Shown here: positions 38,981 through 51,500 of the stretch, piece by piece
Numbering within the stretch: the stretch's first letter is position 1
How the letters are laid out: each line of letters starts with the position of its first letter
Assembly (NCBI GenBank): GCA_030704615.1
Contig: CM060732.1
Span: 60,264,001-60,328,000 of the forward strand
DNA length: 64,000 nt
Direction: 5' to 3'
From: Takakia lepidozioides
Taxonomy: Eukaryota; Plantae; Bryophyta
Position numbers and translations under genes: made by a program
Notes under the pieces: generated by a model
Databases searched by the model: none
What the model was told of the DNA's origin: nothing
The model's input: the letters and a program-made list of their open reading frames with translations, nothing else

Positions 38981-41900
38981 CTATCCCTTCCGCAGCTCCA
39001 TAAGTTTCAGTAACTTTAGACTCCAAAGTGTTGTCTGGCCAACCACCTGCCCCAACTCGGTCTGTTTCCTGACACCATTCACATATGGTAGAGGGGTGTT
39101 ACTGACACATGCCTCTTTGATGTACACACAGGCATAATCAAGGGGCACAGCAGGGTACCCGTAACCCACCACAACACCTTGAAGAGCAACAATCAGCCCT
39201 ACTCCACATTTCTTGCGTTTGGAGTTCACATCCAACAGCCGAACCTCGTCACCCACCCTGAACTGTGATCCCAACTCCACACAAAAAAGAACACGATGTG
39301 AAAACCCATGACATACACACGACTAGGACACTCAACATTTGCGAGTTAAAGAGAGCCCCAAGGTTGGAAAAAATATAACAGACAAGACAACGGCCTGGAC
39401 TTACTCCATTTGCAGTCTCCAGTGGTGGTGAGACCTCTTTTGGGGGGCTACTCGCCGGGTTGACACTCTTGCCCCTCGTCTGTACCGGCTTGTCGACAAT
39501 ATCACCTTTGTTTGTCACAAGTTCCTGTGTCACAGACCAGAGATCAACCAGGAAAGCAATGAGCAAACATGAATAGTGAATAGAAACAAAATCCAAGTAT
39601 AAATCAAACAAAAAAAGCCAACATGAAAAGCTGCAAAGAAAACCTAGCATTAATCAAGCAACCGAGGAGAAGCATCCAAGAAAGCAATGCAATGAATGAA
39701 CCCACAAAAATGTAGCCTCTGGAGCACTGTCAGAATGTTTGTACCTTCACAGTAGCAGTGTTGTATGGTTGTTGTCCGAAAACAGGCTGAGACTCCAAAA
39801 ACTTGGGAATACTGGCAGCTTTCGATGCCTTCCACAAGAAAGGCCACAACACCTCTGTTAGATACTCATCAGTTGGTGAATCTGGTTGCACCTTCCATGG
39901 CTCTGGAAAAATCCCACTGAAGGAAGGATTGTTTGCTGCCTTTCTTGGTGTGTCGTCAACAAGAACAGTGTCCTCATAAGTCCATTCTGGCCAGTCTGCC
40001 CACACTATAGACAAGTTCTTGAAATATAATGGCTTTGAATTAGACCCCTTACGGCATGGGAGGACTGGATCCTCGTCACAGTGAAGGGCATCCCACTGGA
40101 AAACCAGGTTAGTGTGGGCTGCAAAAATATAGTCCACCATTGGGAAGAAGTTGTGAGCTTGGCAACAAGACCACACCACCACCTCAAAGTGTTCAAAACA
40201 CTTTTGCAAAAGGTCATAACAGCGTGGTCTCAAAACTACCATCTTCTTGCCACACATCTTCCCCACAAAACCTTTGGGAAGGGATGCAGGCCCATTAGCA
40301 GAATGAAAAGATTCACATAACAGACCATTTAAGTCTAGAATTAGTAAATGCTTCCTCATTGGTCCAGGAAGTAAACTGACATTTGGCTTCAACATGTGAG
40401 CAGGAGAAATTAAAGCAACCTGCTTGTTTGTTTTGTCCCCGTCTGCATCTTCCTCCCCATCTAAACTCCCACATACCTGCATACCAGAATCCGGTGTGCC
40501 CGGCGGCTCTGTCACCATTGCCCCCTGGACTGCTACTGCCTTTGTACGTGGCAAGGGCTGAATTTCCACGTGTACCTCACAGCTGGCCTTCCCTGTATCC
40601 TGCTGCTGCTCGGTCAAATTCAAAAGATCATCAATGACAAGAAGACATAAGGGCTTAGAGTGAGCACCAGTTACCGTCTGAAATTGGGATTCCAAACATT
40701 TTGATACTGTCACAGCAGACGTATCCATCGTAGATGTCACTGGTCCCGCGCCTGGTAGATTAATCCCCAATCTGGTCATAATGGCTTTCTGGTACTCAAT
40801 CATACTCTGCATCTGTAATTTTAATTCTGCCATGTCACGTCCTTGTGATTCCACCAGTTTGTCCAAGCCATCCATCATGCCAACTACTGTAGAATATGCG
40901 AGACTTCCCTCCTGCCAATCCATGAAAACTTGCCCAAGTATGAATCAAACCAAAAAAACCTAGCATGAACAACCATTGGAAAGAAAACCCAGGCCAAAAG
41001 CCGTGAAAAAAACCCTAGCAACCTATGATGCAGCAACCACTCTAGCAAACGTGGAAAACACACTTACCCGCCTGTCACTCCCAACTTACCCGCTTGTCAC
41101 TCCCAGCTGACAACCGCGACACTGAACCCTCTTGAATTTCATATAATGTAGGAGGGCACCCTGATAGTGTTTCCTACAAATTAATCCATGCCACAAACAA
41201 ACCCATGCCACAAGTCAGTAAGCAATGTGAGGGCTGACTATATACACATAGCAATTCAATGAGGAACAAAATACAGAGTCGTGATGATGCCACTTACCAA
41301 GCGTGCTTCCACCATTGCCTTCCCACCACGGCCAGTCTTGGTAGGATTCAGAATTGCACCATTTGCCTTCTTCATGTTGCCCGACACTTTGTGGAACACC
41401 TCTGTCTGCCAGTAACTTACAAGCTTGTTCCATACCTCGTCAGATACAGTAATGGGTTTCCCCTTACCACCCAACCACGCAGTGTGTGCTTCATAACGCT
41501 GGCTCTTCATTATTCTGCCAATTGTTTGTTTTAGGTGGAAGTCTTTTAACTCGTGCGGCGTATATGAAAATAGCTTAGCCAGGTGATCTCTGATTTCGTA
41601 TACAACTTCATCAGGTTGGTTGTTGATGGCAAGGGAACAATCTAGCTTGTGATAAGCCTGTCCTTTAAGGGCAGCGTGCCATACATTCCGGGTCTGACCA
41701 TACGGGGCTCCTTTGAGGTTCGTCAAAATCACCGTGGGAGGAAGACCTGCAGCTATTCTCTCTTCCTTGACCTTGGCAGCTTCAATTTTGGCTGAGCTAT
41801 TAGCCCTCCTTAAAGCATTGGTTCTATCATTCTTTGAAACGGCACCCTCCCCTCCTTCAGAGACCTCCGTGCGCTCAGGAGAATTCAAAGCAGGATCCTG

Positions 41901-43130
41901 CCAAGTAGGGACTAATGGCCATGGTTGTTGGCCAGAAGGCCGAGGACCATACTGGCCATACTGTCCATAAGCAGGAGGATATTCCGGTGGCCTGCCACCC
42001 CCATAGCTATTAGGGGGTGGCAAATATGGTGGAGGAGGATACTGGCCATACTGCCCATATGGAGGAGCACCATATTGACCCTGACCATACTGAGTGCCAA
42101 ACTGTGGGTACTGAGGCATACCATAATAAGGTGGGGGTACTGGTGGCACAGAACCCACAACGTTGGGAGAGTTAGGGTCACCTCCTGCGTTCTTGTGGGC
42201 GCCATCTCCATTGCTAGCAGCAGGGATCGTGGATCCAGTGCGCTTGTGCTTGCCCTGAAAAGAAATTCCCCCAGTACAATGTGGGTGATTACACATACAT
42301 ATAGGCAGCAAGCAGCAAATCCTTGAATTCAGGCAAAACAAACTGGAAGCACATATCATTTGTAAAGACAAGATTACCCAAAACTCAGTATGATCTTGGG
42401 CAGTAAATCTCCCAAATTTGATTGGCCCCAATGATGTCCTCCTAGTACATTTTTGAGCCCTCTTAGGTATGGGGTGTTCCTGAAATCCATAGCAAGAATT
42501 CAAATGGACAAACCTGATGGGTCCATGAGAAGTATCCCTCCAAGTTTTACTGATATTCTGGGTGCATAAGTAACCCAAGTATCTCTATAAGTAGCCATTG
42601 TAGCTTAGTACCAGGACGTTGGTTTCATGGGACAAAGAATTTGAACACACCTGAAGTCTACATTGGCCTGACATCATGCCTTTGGCACTTCAACTTGTCT
42701 AGTGGAAATCATTTGTGATTGTGCCTTGGCTGACCCCTGCATTGTCCAACTTCCCTGTCTTGACAGACATACCCTATCTCTTCGTGACTTTACCAAAAAC
42801 ATACATAATTAGAATCATGGTCATTGTGAAGAACTATAACTCATAGACGGAGAAGGTGTTCGTAGTGTAGATGATGGGCGTTTTTGTCCTGCGACATGAG
42901 CATGGGCATGTTCTCCTCGGCTTGCCGTGGCATCCGCCGACGACGCACTCGCCTCGCACTGGCGTGGGAGGAGTGGATCGTCCTCATCGTCCTCAGAAGA
43001 GCCCTCATGCAGAATCGTAGTCTTCATCGTCTTCAGTCTGGCACTTTGCCTTGCAGGACCTTGATCCCTACATTTTTCCTTCGGAGCGCGTGGCTTGCGA
43101 GGGCGATTCGCTCCCGCAAGCCTGCACAAA
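38981..43130 (-). CDS. CACTA accessory (TnpA-like) gene: P/G/Y/Q-rich region, Transposase_24-like domain, FCP1/NIF HAD-phosphatase domain, C-terminal Tnp1/EnSpm-like domain; exon joins partly unresolved
   Basis: ORF 41256-42578 (VWNKLVSYW...NMKKANG...TGRGGK). ORF 39730-40923 (LLILDLNGLL, LRP...FEVVVWS, KNLSIVW, LVDDTPRK). ORF 38981-39280 (VGDEVRLL...PLPY...LGQVVGQTTLW). GT-AG junctions at about 41298, 39745, 39525 and 39403. Confidence 0.72.
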
Positions 43131-43669
43131 CACCTCCATGACCTCCCTCTCAAACAATCACAAACAAATGTAAGCATACATACCCTAATACTCTTAAGCC
43201 TACGCTGAACCACAGCCGCACCCTACCAGGACATAATGCCTGCCCACGAATGACGGCGGACATCTCCCGCCTAATGACACACCCTCCTCAAACCTAATCG
43301 TCACTCACTGCATGTTGTTTGCCTCTCTGTTTGTACAAGTCGCAGCTACTCGCCCCCATTTGTGCTATGAAGCTTATGATCGCTGTAGGAAGGTTAGAGG
43401 ATAAGGCAAATCGCAAGTTTAGTGGGTGGGTATCCAAAGTCAGGAACTAAACTCACCCATCTATCGACTGCTTGAACGTTGCTTCCACCTCCTTTATGGC
43501 AGCAATCCGGCGCTCTCGGAACTTCTCGTACTCAGTGAGAGGGACTGTCACTTCGAAGACCTTCCGCTTCACCATGGACACTCAGAAACGATACTTATAG
43601 TATACTATAGATATAGAAATAGCACATTGGCAGCTGGTGCAAAACTAGAGACAATGCACTGTGCGTAGC

Positions 43670-46600
43670 ATGCAAAGAGGGAAGGGGTGACGTTCAAAGC
43701 ATGTACAGTGCAGGTGGCGAATGGATGCGTAGGCGTAGAATAGATGACCTTCTATGGCGAATGGAAGAAGCTTATGCCACAAGGAATGGGCATACAAAAA
43801 TGCTATGCAACTGCGATGAGTGTCATGGAGGAAAAGTACTCTTGTTGGAAACAGTGAGGAATCATTACATGATACACGGGAGGGATCCTCTTCTCCAACG
43901 CTGTTATCTTCCGGTAAGATCGCCACTTTCCCTTCAGCACTTTAGTTTGAATTTTGAATGCAACGATCCTCTTCTCCACATGTCGACATTTCGTTGGGTG
44001 ATTGTAGTCAAGAAGTCATAAGATACAGACGTGAGTATGACTACGCCACTTCCGTTATCACTTTAATTAATGCACATGTCGTGTTTTCATTGGTCATGTG
44101 TAGTCATGTAGTCATATATGACTAAGTAAGTGACTGCAACTATGACTTCAATGGTTACAAATGTCGTGTTTTGATTGGGTGTATATTCATAAGATACATA
44201 CGTAAATATGACTGCATCACTGCAACGTCACCGTGCCTCCTATGTCATAATATGAACAAGTGTCACATCGTTGTTGGTCCACTCACAAGATGACTATTGG
44301 GATGCAGGGATGTGAATATTCAGATGATGAAGACGAAGGCGTGCGGCACAGCGGGAGCCCAATGTCACAGAGAACGCAGATGAGAGTGGTGGATTGGAGG
44401 TAGAAATGCAGCGTGCATTGCAGGAAGCGTTTCTCTTTGCAGATGCAAACAGAGAGGACCTCATTCATGGTGGAACCGATCACACATTTGCCGATCATGA
44501 CGATGATCTCGACGATTCCGGAGACAATGAATTTGATGAGAATGCTCACCTGCACATTGATCCCGAGTATGATAAACTCTTCCGAGCGTCGCAATGTCCA
44601 CTTTTTGAAGGGTGCTCCATCAGCCGGCTGCAAGCAACTTTGACGTTGCTGAACGCATGCACTACCCACAAGTGCACCAATGCATTTGTGGATGAGCTTC
44701 TGGGATTGTTGCGTAAGAGTTTTTTGCCTAAAGAGAATTCATTGCCGAAAACTCACTATGAAGCAAAAACCATGATTGCCAAGATGGGATTGCAGTACAT
44801 GATGATTCATGCCTGTGAGCGTGGTTGTGTACTCTTCCGTGGGGAGTATGAGAATGTAGACATTTGCCCAGTGTGCCGCAATTCCCGTTACATTCCAGGT
44901 CGTGGAAGTGTGCCCAAGAAAGTATTGCGACACTTCCCTGTCATTCCAAGGTTGAAACGTATGTACCGATGTAAATCGATCGCTAACCTCATGACATGGC
45001 ACGACAGACATAAGAGCCAGGATGGGTTGGTTTGACATCCAGCTGATAGCAAAGCATGGAGACACATTGACACCACATTTGCGGATTTTGCTGCAGAGCC
45101 ACGATCTCTGCGATTTGGATTGGCCTTAGACGGTGTAAATCCCTACGGAGCTCAATCCACAAGTTGGAGCACATGGCCCGTTCTCTTGGTCAATTACAAT
45201 CTGCCTCCGTGGTTAATGACCAAAAAGTTCTTTGTCATGTTAGCGCTACTGATTCCTGGTAAGGAGTCTGTTACCTCGGACAACGTAGATGTTTACCTGA
45301 TGCCCCTAGTGGAAGAGCTATTGGAACTATGGAGAGGGATTGCAGCTCATGATGTTTCCCGTCCTCGTGGTCAACGCGAATTCACACTGAGGGCAGTGTT
45401 GATGTGGTCAATCCATGACTACCCTGCATATGGCTTGCTCTCAGGTCAAGTGACGAAAGGTTATGCTGGTTGTCCAGCTTGTGGACCCGGGGTGACTTCA
45501 CAGCAGTTACACACATGTGAAAAATTGTTTTCCTAGGCCACCGAAGATTTTTGGCCCGCAATCATCCATATAGAAGGTCAAGAATGTTCAATGGCGCTAC
45601 TGAGCATGGAACTCCTCAAAAAACGCAGACTGGAACACAAATCAAGGACCTTGCAACAGCTCGCACTGCATGGGTGGAAAACGGAGGGACGCCAGATAGC
45701 AGGACAGACCCAGCAAAAACTCATGGAGTTAAGCGATTGTCAATTTTATATGTCTTACCTTATGGGAGGTAATTCCTTCATGGCCTTTAAATTGGCTGTG
45801 TACATTTTTGCGTTTTCTGTTTAAATTGTGATGAGTAAATGCTCAATTGCTTATGTGTTCATTTTGTAGGGTCTCCTCATCCGCCACACGTTTGACGCAA
45901 TGCATTGCGAGAAGAACTTGGCTGAAAATATTATTAAAACTATCTTTGGTGAGAAAGACACATTGAAAGTTCGCCGTGATTTGGAGCTACTTGGGATGCG
46001 CCCGGAATTGTGGCTACAACGTGATCCTGACAGAGCAGATACGTTAATTATGCCTCCTGCCCCTTATGTCCTCACTGAGGCTGAGTTACAAGTCTTTCTG
46101 GAGATTGTGCAGAACTTGAAAGTGCCAACAGCTACGCATCAGCTTTCAAAAAGCATGTGGTGAAGAAGAAGTTGTCAGGCATGAAATCACATGACTATCA
46201 TGTGCTCATGCAGCAAATTATACCGCTTGCTATCCGTGGGCTCATGCCAAGTGGTCCTCGAAGGGCCATTTTGCGAGTATGTCGTGTATTTAAGAAGTTG
46301 TGTGCAAAAGTGGTGAATCATGTAGAGTATGAGGAATTGAGAATTGAAGCAGTTCTCACTCTGTGTCTTATAGAAAAGGAGTTCCCACCATCATTTTTTG
46401 ATGTGATGACACATCTGGTTGTTCACCTAGTGGATGAGTTGTACTTATGCGGGCCCGTAGCATCTCGTTGGATGTACCCCATGGAGCGGGCAATGAAAGA
46501 TATGAAGGGCTACGTAAGAAACATGGCAAGGCCCGAGGGGAGCATGGCAGAAGGATACCAATTTGAAGAAGCATTGGGTTTTTGCACAGAGTATATGGCA

Positions 46601-47820
46601 GGATTTGATGGAAGTGTACGAAGGGTGTGGGATGCAGATGAGGCAGAATCTGTGGAACGTGAAGTTGTGGAAGGAAGTTCTAAAGCCCGAAAATTGAATG
46701 ACCTGTGTGATATTGTACATGAGTACATCATTCAGAACCATCCTCGTCTTCATTGACATTCAGATTTCCAAGTTTTAGTCATTTATCATTAGTTGGCATA
46801 TGGCGTCTTTTCAAATCTCCCACGCCACCTCTGTCAATCTCCTGGCTGACCCTCGGATTGTGACAAGATATATGAAGCAGAGTCCACACGGATAGAAGCC
46901 AGACGACGCTTGTTTTGTGAGGAGCAAGGGCTGGAAGGCATGAGCAATCCCACGGCAATTCAGTACCCTCCTGATTTGCATCCTTGTCCTCCATTTGCTG
47001 TTTGGCTCCCTCAAGGTGTACGGGATCATCTCTCAATTCAATCAGATGGGCTTGATCCTACAACACGTGAGGATTTACTGGATCTTTCAAGGCCTCTATC
47101 ATTTACTGCCCTGTCATTCAAGAGTATGACAGCGTATGGTAACCATTACAGGGTTACATCCCCCGGCATGAACACAACAAGTATGGTGTCTTTTGATTGT
47201 GGAGTCTCATCTATTTTCCAGCACCAGCCCATTACCAACAATTCAGGCAATGACATGGAGGAACCTACAAGATATGTGGGTCTTATAAGGGAGATTTTGC
47301 AAATTGACTATGGCCAAACACAGCCTATAGTGTTTTTGTGTTTGTGGGTACGGGCGAGTCGCGTGGGTCATCAACCTATGTCAATGAAGCAGGATGATGT
47401 TGGCTTCACACTTGTCAATTTTAACCGTATGCTTCCACCTTCTGAGCAACCTTTTGTGTTTCCTGGCCAGGTTGATCAAGTATTTTTTTCTGATTGTGTG
47501 AAGGAGCCGGGGTGGAAAGTCGTCCTGGAGAAGAGCCCCCGAGCACGTAGAGTGGCCTGCGACATATCAATTGATAATGATGATGTGGCGGAAGTGGAAG
47601 GACTGTTAGCCCCACAAAGACTAGAGGAGACTGTGGTTACTGATGGCCCAACATGCAGCCGAGCGGTACCGGTTACTCCAGGGTAGGTGGCCTCCTTGTA
47701 CCTCCGAGCACCCCGTATACGTGGTGATGATGTTCAGCCAACCCTTGGAGAAGATGAAGTCTGTGATGAAGACAATGATACATGTAGTGACCCAGACATA
47801 GATGAGGATGATGAAGATTA
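43670..47820 (+). pseudogene. CACTA TnpD transposase pseudogene (transposase-associated domain, Transposase_21, DUF4218, DUF4216)
   Basis: CNCDEC..VRNHYMIHG; IHAC..CVLF, CPVC..SRY, LRHFPVIPRL; stop at 45033-45035 in (R>*)HPADSKAW; DGVNPY, WPV, YNLPPW, HDYPAYG; MHCEKN; GMKSHDYHVLMQ, FFDVMTHL, RWMYPMER, PEGSMAEGY; PFVFPGQVDQVFF. Several frameshifts. Confidence 0.95.
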
Positions 47821-48074
47821 GATATGCACGATTTGTGCACTCCAATTATAGACCATGCAGGGATGCCTCGGCGTGAGCCTGCTCACATGAGCGCGTGAGC
47901 GCAACTGCGCTCACGCCACGTCACCTTGCGCAAATGCCACGTCACGGGGCTCACTCCACGTCATCACACGTGAAGGCCGCGTCACCATGCGCCCAGAAAG
48001 AAGTAGAGTGTATTCCCGCGGATTGGCACCCTTTACCGCGGAAACAAGCTGGACGACATAATAAAAGGCATTGA

Positions 48075-48430
48075 ATAAAGGATGGATGAATGTACAGTTG
48101 GATGATAAACAGATGGATGAGTGTGAAAAATGAATGTAGATGGATGAATGAGGGATGGATAAGAGTAAAATGGATGAATGTATAATGGATGTTGAGCAAT
48201 GACAAAAATTCATGACAGGAAGATGCATGACCAAAACTTTTGACGAATGCACAACGTATATGAAATGAGTGTGGAAGGTTTGTGGGGTGGATTAAAGAGT
48301 ACAGAGGATGAATGTACAATGGATGTTGAACAAAGGAAAAAATTCATGAATGGAGCATGCATGAATACACTGTAGATGAATGCACAATGGATATGAGAAG
48401 AGTCAGGGAGGTTTGTGAGATGGATTCATA
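48075..48430 (+). repeat. GGATGAATG-rich subterminal repeat tract of the MULE, with an internal duplication of about 135 bp
   Basis: Repeated (G)GATGAATG / ATGGATG. 48170-48300 resembles 48305-48430. Confidence 0.7.
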
Positions 48431-48560
48431 CATATTGCAATTTAAATGAAAGCTGATTCTGTGATTATTATTTGATTTTTTCTAAAAGAACAACTACGGT
48501 GGAGGAAGGGGATTCAACGTTTTCCAGATAGTATGAAAATGAATATTAAAATAATACAGT

Positions 48561-51500
48561 TCAGTCTGACTCAGAGTCAGTACAATGTATCCCCGCTTCC
48601 TCTGCATCTAAGTCTATGTATTTTAGAACACCGGATCCATGCTGGATACACCTACGGCTGGCCATTAAAAAGTCAGGGGATAGGGACTCGGCCGCGTGAA
48701 GTGCCATTGCTTCGGCATAAACAGGAAGCAGAAAATTGGAAAGGGGGCTGTCGAAAACAGACTCGCCAGAAATGATTGTATCTCCTGAAGATCCACCGTT
48801 GCCTTTCCTGAAAGACAGCCTGAAAAAGTTATTACTGTAACTTTGATGTTATTGAGAAATTGAGTATGGCTCCCAAAGAGGGTTTAACACTTACTCACAT
48901 GAAAAGTCGTTGTCGACCTGCTTATCTTCGGGATCGTCATCATTTTGAATTTGAATCCGATCAGTCTGTGTGCCTGAAGTGGAGTCAGACAAAAGGGGGA
49001 GGAGCACTGTGTTGTAGAGGTCAGAATCACCCTCCATGCCAAAAAGGCTTCTTCCGCCTGCCTTGCATGCATGGTAAGTTGCTCCTACACCACACAGGAG
49101 GACATGAACAGTTTGGTGGGGGGGATTTAAGCAGATGAAACTGTTGAAAGAAAACCAATTCGGAAGGGAAAGAACGAACCTGTGGACACAGAAAGATCGA
49201 CCACCCGTGTAGAGCGGTGGCTGCATGACTCCAGCAGTATTTGCATGAACGCTGGGGACTTTTCCTTTGCACCTCTCCAGGGAGTGCCATCTGGTCTCTT
49301 CAGAGTCTGACTGGACTGCATGAAGTTGTACAAAATGTCATCAACATGGGGCTCATAGGGGGGGTTGACGAAACAACCCTGGTCAGAAATCTCAAAGCTG
49401 CGGATGGAAGATGGTGTCTTTGAGGTGCGAATCCTCCGCAGGCAGATCGCCTCGAACATCCTCGTCTGCCAAAGATAGCAGGTTAGTGTGGTAAACACAA
49501 TCTATAGTGGAAGTGTGTACATCGGCTATTCAGAACTCAGACACAAAAAAATCATTTTTATCACGAATCGGTGATGATCGGTGTCGATCATAACAGATTC
49601 TACTAGAGTGGAGCTGCAGAGAACATTGAAACTCATCATGAAAGCACAAGCAGAAGGGAGACGGCATACCAGCTGACCAGGGAAACCCCCTTTCACAAGG
49701 TAGAGGCTGTTCACACAATTCCATGTGCGCAAAACTTCAAACCCTGAAGACTTGAGGTATGATGCCAATGCCCGACGACTATCATTGTCACATGACTGAA
49801 AAAGCAGAAGTGTCCCTGCATCAGAGAGGAAGTTATTACAGAACCCGAACACCCAACTCCAGTAGTTGTCCTCGAATTTGTTCCAGCCTGGCGTCTTGCC
49901 CTTTGGAAGAACTTCTGGCACAGCCTGGCCATCCGGAATGTCGAGAATGACAATGTCGGCCGCATAAGTTTTCTGCACACCGCACACGGAGGTGGGACCT
50001 GTGCTCACCTGCAACAGACATGTTTTTTATAAGAACGAACGCAAGAATGTTTTCAAAGAACGAGACTGAAATACTGCCAACGAAACTTTCAGAGAAAAAG
50101 GAAAGAAACTGGAATTCTCACCAGATTGAGGAATGAGATTATATTGTCCCAGGTAGGCGATGGCACCCCAGTGTATCCTCTCTTTCGACTCTACATCATC
50201 GACAGCCAACCCTCATTAACAATTTTCATCTCTCCTGCCGAATTAGAACAGGAAGGGTGTGGCTTGGCATCGAACACGCATTGAACAGTGCGGGTATATC
50301 TTCCAGCAGTAAAGTCCTGCCCACTCTCCATCTCATTTTCTTTCTCCATCCCCTTGTCCTTTTCCTTCTCTTTGGACTTGTCTTTGTCCTTTGGCTTTGC
50401 TGGTGAGATGGCTATGACATCAACAACCTTGTCTTTTGGTTTGCGGCCCGCCTTCTTTCCCTTCTGCGGCGTTCCCTGAGCATCAGGCTCCTTGGCAGCC
50501 AATGTTGCTATGTTTCGTTGGTACTCTTCGTCAGTCAAAGGCGCCAGCATCTCAACGTTATTGTTCAAGTATTTCATATGCTGTTCTTGAAAGGTCGTGT
50601 GCTCCGGTGGCAGTCAAGGTACCACCCACAGTCTAAGTGAGAAGGACTCCAGTCCTTCAATATCCCTGCAGTATACATGGTTGGATCGTTTGCAGGGTCC
50701 GACCACATGTCAAGATAGTCTGGAATTCCGCTCAAGTGATTTCCTTCCATAAGCACATATTTTGTGTACCTGAAAAAAAGAGATAAATCCCAACCCACAA
50801 AAGCGCTCAGTGAGTAAGATGCAAGTAGAACAGAATGGAAAAAACATAGATTGAAATGGCTCTGAGAACTGCTCCAAGGACCTTTCAGGACCATATGAAT
50901 GCTCCAGATGTGAATGTCGTCAACGCCATTCAAAACATTCCATTCAATGATACTGTAAATACACCCTAATCTAGGTGAATGCAAACTATCGTTTTGGAAT
51001 GACACAGACATAGAAGTGAATGTCGTCAACGACAGTCACTAATCAAGCCTAATTATTCCTCAAATGAAGCAAAATCACAGGATGGAAATCATAAACTCGA
51101 GTAAGGAACCCTCCAGGAAAACTCAATGCACATTCATAACGAACATATCACTGAGGACCTCACAACAACACTGTATGTGAATGGCGTCAACGCCATTCAC
51201 AAAAATACCAACAAGGAACCAATTACTTAGCTCCCAATCCATGTACATTCAAATTGTCGTTGTTGAATAATACAGACACAGAAGTGAATGTCGTCAACGA
51301 CATTCACTTTGGATTTCTCATAACAGAGCTTATCAATCCTCCAGATTCCTCGCAAGAGGCAAAAACAATGCAGAACAACTGAATGTCTGCATTGACATTT
51401 AGCAATATGAAGTGAGGAACCCTCACTGTAACCTCTATGGACATTACAAAAATTTACATAACTCTGAGGACCTCTCAACAACTCCGGATGTGAATGTCGT

